DNA of 64,000 nucleotides. It comes from Octopus vulgaris (taxonomy: Eukaryota). The notes beneath the pieces are model-generated. The model had not been told where the DNA came from. It did no database searches and was given only the letters and a program-made list of their open reading frames with translations. The first letter of the stretch is position 1, and every line of letters begins with the position of its first letter. Where the stretch lies: positions 47,182,001-47,246,000 of the forward strand of contig OX597836.1 in the NCBI GenBank assembly GCA_951406725.2, given 5' to 3'. Below, piece by piece: positions 51,425 through 64,000 of this stretch. The translations under genes and the position numbers were made by a program.

Positions 51425-54400
51425 CTCTGTCACGTGACTGTTGGCCGAAATCTGCCTTTCAGCCTCTGACCCTCGTTCTGTTAACATCGCTGTTTTCGTC
51501 CGCCACTATAAAGGCTTTTTCCATTGCGCCAGAGAAAAAATTTGTTTGCTTGTTATCAGTCGTAAGACACTGTTGTTTTCACCGTTAATGCTTCTGTATT
51601 TCATGTTTCTGTATTCCATTATTGTTTTTTGTTTTTTTATATCTGTCCCTTTTGCTGTCCTGGTGTTCGTATGCATTCGATCCTTCTTCCAGGAAATCTA
51701 CGCTTCCAGCTTAGTTTTTCTAATGCTCGTTGCTTGGTTTTTCTTGGAGGGCTGGCCGTGATCTAGTAATCTCAAGATTAATCAGCCGAAATTACTACGA
51801 TGATCCGGTTCTTGACTGAAGACTGAGGGTTTCGAATGTCCTGTCCGTGTTTATTGTGTCGTCTTCTAAGAGTTATACGTTCTTGTCCATGTTGTATTTT
51901 TCTACATACCTTAACATATATTCCAGGCGCCCCGTACCCCCCTTAACATTTATGTGAGCACATATTCTTAATAATTGGTACGACTCTCTGTTTGTCTCTC
52001 TCTCTCTCTCATTTTTACTTGATCTGTCCCCCTCTCTCTCTTTTCTCTCTACTCATCCTCTTTTTCTCTTCTCTTTCCTCTGATTCTTTGGTCTAGTCTT
52101 CCACTACCCTCCTATTTCTTTGTCTCGCTCTGCACTCACAGGTCATTCTTCGACACCCATCCCTTCTCCTCTCTGATTCCTTCTTTCTCTCTCTTCTCTC
52201 TCTTTGTTGCGTTTGTCCCTCCTCTCTCTCTCTCTTCCTTTGCTTCTCTTTCTTTTCTTTTCCCTCTTCTCTGTCACGTGACTGTTGGCCGAAATCTGCC
52301 TTTCAGCCTCTGACCCTCGTTCTGTTAACATCGCTGTTTTCGTCCGCCACTATAAAGGCTTTTTCCATTGCGCCAGAGAAAAAATTTGTTTGCTTGTTAT
52401 CAGTCGTAAGACACTGTTGTTTTCACCGTTAATGCTTCTGTATTTCATGTTTCTGTATTCCATTATTGTTTTTTGTTTTTTTATATCTGTCCCTTTTGCT
52501 GTCCTGGTGTTCGTATGCATTCGATCCTTCTTCCAGGAAATCTACGCTTCCAGCTTAGTTTTTCTAATGCTCGTTGCTTGGTTTTTCTTGGAGGGCTGGC
52601 CGTGATCTAGTAATCTCAAGATTAATCAGCCGAAATTACTACGATGATCCGGTTCTTGACTGAAGACTGAGGGTTTCGAATGTCCTGTCCGTGTTTATTG
52701 TGTCGTCTTCTAAGAGTTATACGTTCTTGTCCATGTTGTATTTTTCTACATACCTTAACATATATTCCAGGCGCCCCGTACCCCCTTAACATTTATGTGA
52801 GCACATATTCTTAATAATTGGTACGACTCTCTGTTTGTCTCTCTCTCTCTCTCATTTTTACTTGATCTGTCCCCCTCTCTCTCTTTTCTCTCTACTCATC
52901 CTCTTTTTCTCTTCTCTTTCCTCTGATTCTTTGGTCTAGTCTTCCACTACCCTCCTATTTCTTTGTCTCGCTCTGCACTCACAGGTCATTCTTCGACACC
53001 CATCCCTTCTCCTCTCTGATTCCTTCTTTCTCTCTCTTCTCTCTCTTTGTTGCGTTTGTCCCTCCTCTCTCTCTCTCTTCCTTTGCTTCTCTTTCTTTTC
53101 TTTTCCCTCTTCTCTGTCACGTGACTGTTGGCCGAAATCTGCCTTTCAGCCTCTGACCCTCGTTCTGTTAACATCGCTGTTTTCGTCCGCCACTATAAAG
53201 GCTTTTTCCATTGCGCCAGAGAAAAAATTTGTTTGCTTGTTATCAGTCGTAAGACACTGTTGTTTTCACCGTTAATGCTTCTGTATTTCATGTTTCTGTA
53301 TTCCATTATTGTTTTTTGTTTTTTTATATCTGTCCCTTTTGCTGTCCTGGTGTTCGTATGCATTCGATCCTTCTTCCAGGAAATCTACGCTTCCAGCTTA
53401 GTTTTTCTAATGCTCGTTGCTTGGTTTTTCTTGGAGGGCTGGCCGTGATCTAGTAATCTCAAGATTAATCAGCCGAAATTACTACGATGATCCGGTTCTT
53501 GACTGAAGACTGAGGGTTTCGAATGTCCTGTCCGTGTTTATTGTGTCGTCTTCTAAGAGTTATACGTTCTTGTCCATGTTGTATTTTTCTACATACCTTA
53601 ACATATATTCCAGGCGCCCCGTACCCCCCTTAACATTTATGTGAGCACATATTCTTAATAATTGGTACGACTCTCTGTTTGTCTCTCTCTCTCTCTCATT
53701 TTTACTTGATCTGTCCCCCTCTCTCTCTTTTCTCTCTACTCATCCTCTTTTTCTCTTCTCTTTCCTCTGATTCTTTGGTCTAGTCTTCCACTACCCTCCT
53801 ATTTCTTTGTCTCGCTCTGCACTCACAGGTCATTCTTCGACACCCATCCCTTCTCCTCTCTGATTCCTTCTTTCTCTCTCTTCTCTCTCTTTGTTGCGTT
53901 TGTCCCTCCTCTCTCTCTCTCTTCCTTTGCTTCTCTTTCTTTTCTTTTCCCTCTTCTCTGTCACGTGACTGTTGGCCGAAATCTGCCTTTCAGCCTCTGA
54001 CCCTCGTTCTGTTAACATCGCTGTTTTCGTCCGCCACTATAAAGGCTTTTTCCATTGCGCCAGAGAAAAAATTTGTTTGCTTGTTATCAGTCGTAAGACA
54101 CTGTTGTTTTCACCGTTAATGCTTCTGTATTTCATGTTTCTGTATTCCATTATTGTTTTTTGTTTTTTTATATCTGTCCCTTTTGCTGTCCTGGTGTTCG
54201 TATGCATTCGATCCTTCTTCCAGGAAATCTACGCTTCCAGCTTAGTTTTTCTAATGCTCGTTGCTTGGTTTTTCTTGGAGGGCTGGCCGTGATCTAGTAA
54301 TCTCAAGATTAATCAGCCGAAATTACTACGATGATCCGGTTCTTGACTGAAGACTGAGGGTTTCGAATGTCCTGTCCGTGTTTATTGTGTCGTCTTCTAA

Positions 54401-54445
54401 GAGTTATACGTTCTTGTCCATGTTGTATTTTTCTACATACCTTAA
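51424..54445 (+). repeat. 843/844-bp tandem array, 3.6 nearly identical units (A-B-A-B-A-B-A)
   Basis: Identical ORF calls at 51441, 52285, 53128 and 53972; the only difference noticed is one C-run length; ends in (TA)n/(ATAC)n. Confidence 0.95.
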
Positions 54446-55184
54446 TATATATATATATATATACATACATACGTACATACATATACATACATACATACAT
54501 ACATACATACATACATACATACATACATACATACATACATACATACATACGAGCAAAACACTTCATCGCGCGTTGCACTTCGATCACTTCAATACGTGAC
54601 GCGTGGCACACTTGTGCGCCAGTTCAGACAACGTCGATTTGATGAAGGGAATGTGAACTGAAGTGCGGCACACACATTTGATCTCTATCGACGAATCATT
54701 TTTGCCGGTCGTTCGGCAAAAGCTGGACGCTCATACGTCGTCTTCGACGGGGGAGGCCATCACATACACAATGGACTTCTTTCAATTCCCGTTCACCAAA
54801 TCCACTCTTGCTTAAGGTGCCTCTCAGCAGAATTGAAGCCAAGACCGCATGGTTAGGAAGCAAGCTTCTCTAACCACAGCAGCGCGTTCACACACACACA
54901 CAGCCAAACATGCATTCATACATATATATTCATACATATAGTCATACTTATGTATGTATGTATGTATGTATGTATGTATGTATGTATGTATGTTTGTATT
55001 TTTGTATGTATGTTTGTTTGTATGTTTGTTTGTATGTATGTTTGTATGTTTGTATGTATGTATGTTTGTATGTATGTTTGTATGTTTGTTTGTATGTATG
55101 TTTGTATGTATGTATGTATGTATGTATGTATGTATGTATGTATGTATGCATGCATGCACGCACAGACATACACACATGTGTATA

Positions 55185-55235
<51 letters not shown>

Positions 55236-56025
55236 CTATATGTGTATGTGACTCTGTGCGTGTGTGTGTGTGTGCGCGCGTGTCTGTGCGTGTGTGTATG
55301 TATCTGTACACATATTTATACACTGAAAAAGACAGAACATGAGAGACAGGCTAGAAAAAAATGAAGAACGGATTGAATTAGAATTATTGGCAATAAAAAT
55401 CATAAAAGAAACGCGAATGACTTATCTCAGAGAATCTTTAAATGTTTAGATTTTATTTTTTACTTTTTTAATTTCTACTTTTACCTTTCTTACTGCTGAC
55501 CTTATAATTCCACATTCACTCCTCGCACCACTTGTAGCACTACTAACTAGTAAACTGACGTTAGCCAGCTATTTTTAAACCAAAGACTTCCGTAGAAATC
55601 AATACACTACCTAAAACCCCGGTCGATATTTCGGCTGATGTCTGCGTGACATTCAGTTAGCGAATTATGCAAATATTACGTTAAGAAGGCAAAGAATTTG
55701 GTTAACGGAAATGACAATGTTGACGATGTTGGCGTCCGTAGCCATAGAGGTAGCGGAGGAAGGGCGCGAAGGGAATAAAATTTTCCATCAATATGACGTC
55801 AACCTACAGTTTTGTTTATCACATACAAACTCTAGCCTTACGCCACTGAAATTATTGAAATGATAACAGCAGCGTGGTCGAAAAACATTCCACTACAAAT
55901 ATATGAATCATTCATGTTGGCCCCCATCTAAGGACGAATAGTTTTACTGCCATTTTTCACCGTTCTAAATTAGCTGCCAGTAAGTACAAGGCGTGACACC
56001 ATTTATTATTGTAACTAGTGCAAGT

Positions 56026-56240
56026 ACTCTTTTACTTGTTTCAGTCATTTGACTATGGCCATGCTGGAACACCGCCTTCTTAGTCAAGCAAATCGACCCC
56101 AGGACTTATTCTTTGTAAGCCTAGTACTTATTCTATCGGTTTTTTTGCCGAACAACTAAGTTACGGGGACGTAAACACACTAGCATCGGTTGTCAAGCGA
56201 TGTTGGGGGGACAAACACAGACACACAAACATATACACAC

Positions 56241-56295
<55 letters not shown>

Positions 56296-56410
56296 TACGA
56301 CGGGCTTCTTTCGGTTTCTGTCTACCAAATCCACTCACAAGGCTTTAGTTGGCCCGAGGCTATAGTAGAAGACACTTGCTCAAGGTGCCACGCAGTGGGA
56401 CTGAACCTGG
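56026..56410 (-). mobile_element. SINE family A lacking its 5' end
   Basis: Reverse complement consensus match. Confidence 0.85.
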
Positions 56411-56492
56411 AGACGCCTATTATATGTATAATTTTCTTGCATATCAATTGTATATATATGTATGTATGCAAATACATACATATATATGTTTA

Positions 56493-56550
<58 letters not shown>

Positions 56551-56555
56551 ATATG

Positions 56556-56608
<53 letters not shown>

Positions 56609-56890
56609 TTATTTATTTATTTTATAGTAGAAGCTCCTTCTATAAAATAAATTACTTTACTCTGCTATGTATTGAGTACCTTATTTATTTATGTATATTG
56701 CAGTTTGGTTTGCACCGACTACTTACTTGTGTCTCTCAATTTCTATTGTATGTCCGCTTATATCTCTATGTGCGTCTATGTTTATTTAGTGTGGGGGGAT
56801 GCCTGGATCCTGGTTATATACATTCTTGTAATTTGTATTTTGTTTTTGTTGTTGTTGCTTTTGTTCTAATTTTGTTCATGTGTTTATCAC

Positions 56891-56937
<47 letters not shown>

Positions 56938-56940
<3 letters not shown>

Positions 56941-57250
56941 AAAAAAATAGGACAAGAACGCAACTTGCGACAATAAGACATCCAGACAGTTAGATGATAC
57001 ATAAAGGGAAAAAAAACAAGGACAGGTCATTCAGAGTTTTCTTTCGTCAGTCGAGTTCCAGAGTATCTTTGTAGTTTCGGCTGATTATACTCGAGACTGC
57101 TCCAACCTGGCCAGCCTCAAGGAAAATCTAAGCCAAGGGCACTAGATTCCTTGGAAGAAAGCAGTGAATATATACGAAAACAAGGACGGGGGCGAAACGG
57201 AGAAATGGTACGCAAATACAAACAACAGGTGTCTTTCGACTAAGGGCGAA
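56938..57250 (-). mobile_element. Diverged relative of the tandem-array A block, anchored in (TA)n
   Basis: The reverse complement shares ttcttcca-ggaatcta, ggctggcc...taatcagccgaaa, gactga(c/a)ga, gaatg(a/t)cctgtcc and cgttcttgtcc with 51660-51890. Confidence 0.65.
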
Positions 57251-57526
57251 TTAAATTAAACTGGCGTGTGTGGAAGTGAAGCCTTAAAGCAGGGACATAG
57301 AGATGTCAAGCATGGGAAGGAATATACATGTTACTGCCGTTACCAATATTATTGATAAGGTAAATTTGACTAGCAAGTTCACACCGTTACAGGCACAATA
57401 TAAGGTAAAATTTGATTCAGTAATAATACCACTTGCTAAATTCAGAGCCAATGCTCCAAAAACCACTCTTCAAGCTCATTTAAATAAGTACCAAACATGT
57501 AGTGTATGAACTGATAGTTAACTTGC

Positions 57527-57573
<47 letters not shown>

Positions 57574-57578
<5 letters not shown>

Positions 57579-57796
57579 AATCAAGGAACGGCCATAATAG
57601 GCCATTCACCCACTAGAAATAACAGCAAAAGCTTCAACCGCAAAATAACATCAATTCCGTAAACCAGGAGAAAATTAAAAAACATTTACCCTGTAAATTT
57701 AATTTTCTCCTGGTTTGAATTGATGTTATTTTGCGTTAAGCTTTTGGCTGTTATTTCTAGTGGGTGAATGGTATATGGCCGTTCCTTGATTGTGAT
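57574..57796. repeat. Foldback with ~105-bp arms next to (TA)n
   Basis: atcacaatcaaggaacggccata...aaaccaggagaaaattaaa versus tttaattttctcctggttt...tatggccgttccttgattgtgat. Confidence 0.85.
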
Positions 57797-57893
57797 GTTG
57801 AACTTAAAAATGGTTTATGACTATTTAAATTTTTTCCCACAAGGCCGCTGGTGGCAAAAGAATTCTACAAAATTTTTTGCCACCCTATATTGA

Positions 57894-57934
<41 letters not shown>

Positions 57935-58266
57935 AGGCGCATGACTCAGTGATTAGAGCGTCAAGCTTACGATCGTGAGATTTTGAGTTCGAATCCCGGA
58001 CCGGGCTGCGTGTTGTGTTCTTGAGGAAGACACTTTATTTCACGTTGCTTCAGTTCACTCAGCTGTAGAAATGAGTTGCGACATCACTGGTGCCAAGCTG
58101 TATCGGCCCCTTTACCTTTCCCTTGGATAACACTGGCGGCGTGGAGAGGGGAGGCTGGTATGCATGGGCGACTGCTGGTCTTCTCTAAACAACCTTGCCC
58201 GGACTTGTGCCTGGCAGGGTAACTTTCTAGGTGCAATCCCACGGTCAGTCATGACAAAAGGGGGTC
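57935..58266 (+). mobile_element. SINE with a family D head and a different tail
   Basis: ggcgcatgactcagtgattag...gttcgaatccc...cactttatttcacgttgct, then diverges from the 537-859 copy. Confidence 0.75.
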
Positions 58267-58389
58267 TCAATATATATATATATATATAGTTAATCCAAAC
58301 ATGAAAACACAAAGAGAAAACACAACAACGCGAGTACGTGGAACAAGTATTGTGTTATTGGACGCTCAGGAAAGAAGGAAAGAAGGAGG

Positions 58390-58424
58390 GTTTAACGTTT
58401 CGAGCGGAGCTCTTCGTCAGAAAC
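58390..58424 (-). ncRNA. Minimal type I hammerhead ribozyme motif
   Basis: Reverse complement: gttt CTGACGA a gagc-tcc-gctc GAAA cgtt aaac; palindromic AACGTT stem III; lies in a ~180-bp TA-flanked element (58289-58470). Confidence 0.75.
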
Positions 58425-58659
58425 ATAGGAAAAGGAAAGATCCAGAGAAGGGAAGACGGAGGAAAAAATATATTATATATTATACTATGTATGTATCTAT
58501 CTATCTACATATCTATCAATATAAGATATTTCATCGCATGCTTTATGTTGTTCAGAATCAAGTAGTTATAGAGTTACGGCAAATTATTTACATAGGATAC
58601 AGACTTAGCAAGTCCAAACACCAACCACTTAACTCTGTCTTTACAATGTACTAACTGGC

Positions 58660-58701
<42 letters not shown>

Positions 58702-59179
58702 CTTCTTTCCCTCCATCTTAATTGTACATCTCACAAATAGGGTTTCCCTTTGAAAAATGATTGCTAGAAACGACCATAATGAAATCAAATATATTATGAA
58801 ATTAGTCTAGCAAACGTTTAAAACCTCTTTTTAATGCTTGTAGTTGGTCATTTATCGTAAAGTATGATAATTTGAATGGTTCCATTAAAGCCTCCGCACA
58901 GCCTACACTTTAAAAACAGCACAAAAGCGATAAATCGGCAAAAAAATCTGTGGAAAAAATGAGAAAACATCAGAAGACAAATCGATAAAACAGCGCACGT
59001 GTCATAAAACGTGAGCTATTCATACAGCCACCTTATATTCGTCTAGCATCTGCATTTTGGTGCTTATCTTAAGGACCCAGCTTCAGATAGTCTCCTGATG
59101 AACACATTGACTGAAACAAAAATGACATCGGTTTTCGGTCTTGTAAGTTGAAGAACTTTAATGCCAACAGACCAATGAT

Positions 59180-59210
<31 letters not shown>

Positions 59211-59231
59211 CGTGTGCGTGTTCATATATAC

Positions 59232-59271
<40 letters not shown>

Positions 59272-59332
59272 TTATATATCAACCAACAATAATAATAAAA
59301 TAAGGATTAATACGAAGTGGCACAGCATTAAC

Positions 59333-59403
<71 letters not shown>

Positions 59404-59735
59404 GAGTGAGAGAGCAGTGCATGCCATCAAAGTGACACTGGGGTAAAATATACGAAGCCCAGTATACCCATCATGACTACCCGTCTAATAAGGGTACACC
59501 AGGCACATGCATCACAACCATATGTGTGCAACATGATGATCTCATATCAAGATAAATAGCACATGACCTTGCAGGTGGGGCCCAGTTAGAATTTTCTTCT
59601 GGTCGAGTAACCCATCCTGCTCAAAAGGTCCCTGAGTAAGGGTTCTTTAAGGATGTTGAACGAAACACCCATGTTTCCAGAGGTGAATTATTCAAACCCC
59701 AAAGAATCCCTCTCAACACATGGCTATGATACTCC
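59404..59735. repeat. Interspersed repeat next to (ATT)n
   Basis: Its right end ttattcaaaccccaaagaatccc-ctcaacacat is shared with 9941-9985. Confidence 0.5.
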
Positions 59736-59844
59736 TATGATACATATATATATATATGTCGCCATGATAGATCGTTAGCCACTACACACAATTTTTTCTC
59801 TTCTTTTTTCTCTCCTTGTTTCTCTCCTTGTTTTTTCTGTGTTC

Positions 59845-59880
59845 CTTTCTGTAGAAGAGCGTAGGCTCGAAAAGTAAAAG
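59845..59880 (+). ncRNA. Variant or degenerate minimal hammerhead motif
   Basis: cttt CTGTAGA a gagc-gtag-gctc GAAA agta aaag; same architecture as 58390 but with core substitutions. Confidence 0.5.
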
Positions 59881-60017
59881 ACTTTTTCTATTCCTGAGTG
59901 TTATACTAATACATCTGTTTGTTTTGTACATCACCTGTCTTCGTCTTTTGTTTGTTTTCGTAAACTCTTCCTATATATATAACTATATATATATAACAAT
60001 GATAAATATCAGAGTAA

Positions 60018-60049
<32 letters not shown>

Positions 60050-60117
60050 CTGTGAGTTTGCTACCCAGGTATCGGTTATCTTTCGAATTATTCGTAATAA
60101 GATAATTCATTTGTCTA

Positions 60118-60200
<83 letters not shown>

Positions 60201-60487
60201 TAAAATAAGGATTCGGATAGAATCAGGTACTTGAAAATATATGCATCAGGTAAAGTTGGATAAACCTTTGGTTTCGGCCTATGGTTGGTAAGTATCAAAT
60301 AGGATAATCCGGTTGTGTACATAGAAAAAAACAACCTTATGAGTATTTAGCGCCTAGTGGCTGGTCCAAATCCTTCGTTACTTTGAATAGTACGTTGTTG
60401 GTATATGCTAGGGTGTCCGGCAAGTCGTAAATCCCTTGGGTGTATCATAATCAAATGAATGATAACAGACGATGGATAATTGTCTGG

Positions 60488-60570
60488 TCGTTACAGCTGC
60501 TTCTTGCGCAACGTTTTAATGGAAGAATAAGAAGATTACTTCGTTACAAAAAACCGTAATCATCAGATGA
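60488..60570 (-). ncRNA. Degenerate hammerhead with a long stem II
   Basis: Reverse complement: tcat CTGATGA ttacg...cgcaa GAAG C AGCT G TA acga. Confidence 0.5.
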
Positions 60571-61179
60571 AGCGTAATTTTACAAACAAAAGAATATCCC
60601 AAGAATACAGCAGAGACGTGGCTGGAGTCTGTTTCGGTCAAATAGTCTTGGGCAAGAGACCAGTAGTCGCCGATAAGAGGTTTGGATAGTGTTTTCTGTT
60701 ATTTAACAAGTGCGGCACAAATATCAGTATCTTGGTATAAGGATTGCTTACCTAGTAGAATTGGACAAGGACTGGCTAGGGTGTGCAGGGTGCTACTTCT
60801 AGGTTAGGTATCTTTACTTTCGCTATCGCATAATACTGGGTAAACCACGGATAGAATGGTTAGTCCCTTCAATATAGCATACCATGCAAATATAGTAAGA
60901 GCGGATAGAAAGGAATGGTAAAGAGAAACGAGACTAGAATAACTCAGAAACAAATAGGCAGATCGATCAACGATAGAGGGAGTAAAGTAGATTGGCCCTA
61001 GGTTAGGAGCTATTACAGAGATTGTTTTATGTACTTAAAATAATTAAACATGCAGGTAGCCTTATGTATGCAGGAAAGACAAAGGTCGAGTTTATTATTT
61101 AGTAGATTTTCACTATTTGATCTTTTTAAAGTTTGGAAGCTCAAGGACGACAATGTTAAATTTGATTTAATTTGTAACA

Positions 61180-61560
61180 TCGTATTTCGTCCATCTTTAC
61201 ATTCTGAGTTCACATTCCGCCGAGGGCGACGTGACCTTTTATCCCTTCGGAGGTGTTAAAATAAGTACCAGTTGAGCACTGGGGGCGATGTAATCGATTT
61301 ACCCCTTCCTCGAAATTGCTGACCTGGTGCCAAAATTTGTGACCATTATTAATATCATAATAGATTAGGAAGGCGAGCTGGCAGAGTTGTTAGCACGCCG
61401 GGCAAAGTGCTTAGCGGCATTTCGTCTGTTTTTACATTCAAATTTTACCGAGGTTGACTTTGCCTTCTTCCTTTCGGGATCAATAAAATAAATACCAGTT
61501 GAGTTCTGGGGTCGATGTAATCGACTTACCCACCTTACCCTGAAATTACTGGCTTTGCGC
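61180..61560 (+). mobile_element. Two degenerate SINE B copies
   Basis: taagtaccagttgagcactgggg and ggcgagctggcagag blocks. Confidence 0.7.
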
Positions 61561-61800
61561 AAAATCAATATCAATATCATAAAAGATTAATTATGGTTCT
61601 TCTTTCTCAAAGAGGTTAACTAATCATTTGTTGTATTCCAGTGAGGACCAGTTTGCTATAAATTCTTCCTGAATACTTCTGGAATAAATTTCTATACTTA
61701 CTAATTGCTCTCCTTGTATCATACTGTTTGTTTACTTTCAAATCTCAATATGACATATTTTCCTCGTTCGTATTTGATGTGTGCGTGCGTGCGTGCGTGC

Positions 61801-61842
<42 letters not shown>

Positions 61843-61942
61843 TAATATTTCACTTAGGCATAGCAATGCTAATAACCTGGTGTTAGAACTCAATATACGT
61901 ATGTTTCAGAGAGAAGCCTTAGTCGAGTACAGGGCGTAACAA

Positions 61943-62027
<85 letters not shown>

Positions 62028-62035
62028 CGATAAAA

Positions 62036-62338
62036 GTCGCCCTTTTCAAGCCTAGTCAGGCTTATGGGCCCGGTTTCCCGGTTTCTGTGACGTATGTGTT
62101 CCCCCCAGCTGGACGGGACGCCAGTCCATCGCAGCGTTACTCGAGAAACAGGAAGAGAGAGTGAGAGAAAGTTGGGGCGAAAGAGTACAACAGGGGTCGC
62201 CACCAACCCCTGCCGGAGCCTCGTGGAGCTTTAAGATGTTTTCACTCAATAAATACACACAACGCCTGGTTTGGGAATCGAAGCCGCGATCCTCCGACCG
62301 CCAGTCCGCTGCCCTAACCACTGGACCATTGCGCCTCC
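62036..62338 (-). mobile_element. SINE family C
   Basis: Matches 14030-14315. Confidence 0.85.
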
Positions 62339-62339
62339 A

Positions 62340-62399
<60 letters not shown>

Positions 62400-62541
62400 A
62401 AGAAGAAGAAGAAGAAGAAGAAGAAGAAGAAGGCTAAGAAGGAATATATTCACAGACATGACAGAGTTGGAACCTACATACACTGGAAGCTATGTACCTA
62501 AGGCACACAGAGCGTGAAAGCACGCTATAAAAATAAAACTA

Positions 62542-62593
<52 letters not shown>

Positions 62594-62638
62594 TAAGTAA
62601 ATGTCATGGGAACAAGAAATTATGTAACGAACCTCATT

Positions 62639-62720
62639 AGCTTACAGCTGTTTCTGCTATAAAATGCAATGCACTTAAAGTTGAGTGCTTGTGTATCAGC
62701 TTATAAGCTACGTCGGAGCT
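62639..62720 (-). ncRNA. Hammerhead motif with an extended stem II (one core substitution)
   Basis: Reverse complement: agct CCGACGT a gcttataa...gcact-caactttaa-gtgc...ttatagc a GAAA C AGCT G TA agct. Confidence 0.6.
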
Positions 62721-63239
62721 TTAAAAATGCAGTAAAATTTTATTTGGGAAAGTATTTATATAAGGGAAAGATTACCATCGGAAAAAGCAGAAAACATGTG
62801 TAGGAAACGGGATTGAAGTGCGTCGGAAATAAGATTGAAATATACAGGAAATGAGATTGAAGAGTAACATGCAATTCCGAGGCAAATTTAAACCCAGATA
62901 AATCTATGTGTATAGAGAGATTCACATAGGAAGATCTCATATGTAGACGATTATTTATAGACACACAAAATATACGCAGAATATGTAGGTTGGAAATGGA
63001 GAGAGGCAGGAAGGAATAGAATCCAAAATCTAGGAAGAGAGAGTCAGGATAATTTAGAGAGTCGTAAAACTGATCAACGTGAGGATTCTAGCCAATTCGA
63101 CCACTAACAGAACAAAAACAATGAGCAAGAAACACGTGACTGATAACAACATGTGTGTATAGAGATACAAAGCATGCAAATGAACAAAGATATACGTTTG
63201 TATATAGACATACACATTGACATAAACACCTACATAAAT

Positions 63240-63274
63240 AGAGATAGATAGATAGATAGATAGATAGATGGATG

Positions 63275-63365
<91 letters not shown>

Positions 63366-63382
63366 GGATGGATGGATGGATG

Positions 63383-63437
<55 letters not shown>

Positions 63438-63482
63438 GGATGGATGGATGGATGGATGGATGGATGGATGGATGGATGGATG

Positions 63483-63569
<87 letters not shown>

Positions 63570-63570
63570 T
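63240..63570. repeat. (GATA)n/(GGAT)n microsatellite
   Basis: Direct inspection. Confidence 0.95.
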
Positions 63571-63839
63571 ACATACATTTATACATATATAAACAAAATA
63601 CACGCATACACACACGCACATACATGTATATATCCATACATGCATATGTATACATATAGTGAGTGAGTCTAAATGTTTGGATAACCATGTCGTTGCAATT
63701 GATAATCAGCCCATTTCGTTCGTTTAGATTTTGCTTGTGGCACAGTAAAATTTTAATTGCTTCCTGACTGCACAATTTTGTTTTGTTTTTGTGTTTTGTT
63801 TGTTTTTTGTTTTTTGTTTTTTGTGTGCGGATGGGTTAT

Positions 63840-64000
63840 CACCAATGGAGAAGTTCTTAAGCAGATAAGGCCGAAAATGTCACTAGAAGCTAGGATCACC
63901 AAGCATAGATTGGCATATTTCGGTCATATTATGCGGAGAAAATCCCTGGAGAAGGACATCATGCTCGGAATGGTCAGTGGCAAGAGAGGAAGAGGCCGAC
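63840..64000 (+). mobile_element. RTE LINE 3' fragment, nearly identical to 17955-18115
   Basis: caccaatgga-aagttcttaagcagat...ggaagaggccgac; runs off the end of the window. Confidence 0.85.

Noticed and set aside
51441-54292. Four identical 106-aa hydrophobic ORFs as a gene cluster
   Set aside because: They start at TTG in T-rich sequence, have no recognisable domain, and their identity is explained by the tandem repeat.
41703-54445. CRISPR-like array
   Set aside because: The repeats are plain tandem units without unique spacers, in a eukaryotic context with no cas genes.
55660-55810. Promoter (ATGCAAAT, TGACGTCA)
   Set aside because: Short motifs expected by chance in 64 kb, with no linked gene.
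59094-59125. CTGATGA...GAAA as a hammerhead
   Set aside because: No credible stem I, II or III pairing.

Overview
Repeat-saturated, AT-rich eukaryotic DNA with no intact recognisable host gene. The tRNA-headed SINE families, dense (TA)/(CA)/(ATAC)/(GATA)/(AAT) microsatellites and low gene content suggest a cephalopod (Octopus-like) intergenic or intronic region; this is inference. Almost all ORFs in the supplied track are microsatellite or SINE artefacts. Real coding relics are all transposon-derived: mariner, maT/Tc1-like, rosa-like, Merlin, L1/Tx1 ORF1+ORF2, RTE, CR1-group and a Penelope-like GIY-YIG endonuclease. Also present are a U6 snRNA pseudogene, a solo-LTR-like element, MITEs/foldbacks and an 844-bp near-identical tandem array. 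Two systems stand out. (1) About ten type-I hammerhead ribozyme motifs, intact to degenerate, several with extended stem II and palindromic stem III. They lie in TA-microsatellite-anchored non-coding elements, including long foldbacks with one ribozyme per arm and one element with a tRNA-like head. (2) Two diverged ORF1-only (gag zinc-knuckle) Tx1-like retroelements whose 3' ends sit at the same nucleotide in the tRNA-derived head of the most abundant SINE. SINE family labels A-D are my own working names. All alignments and folds were done by eye.
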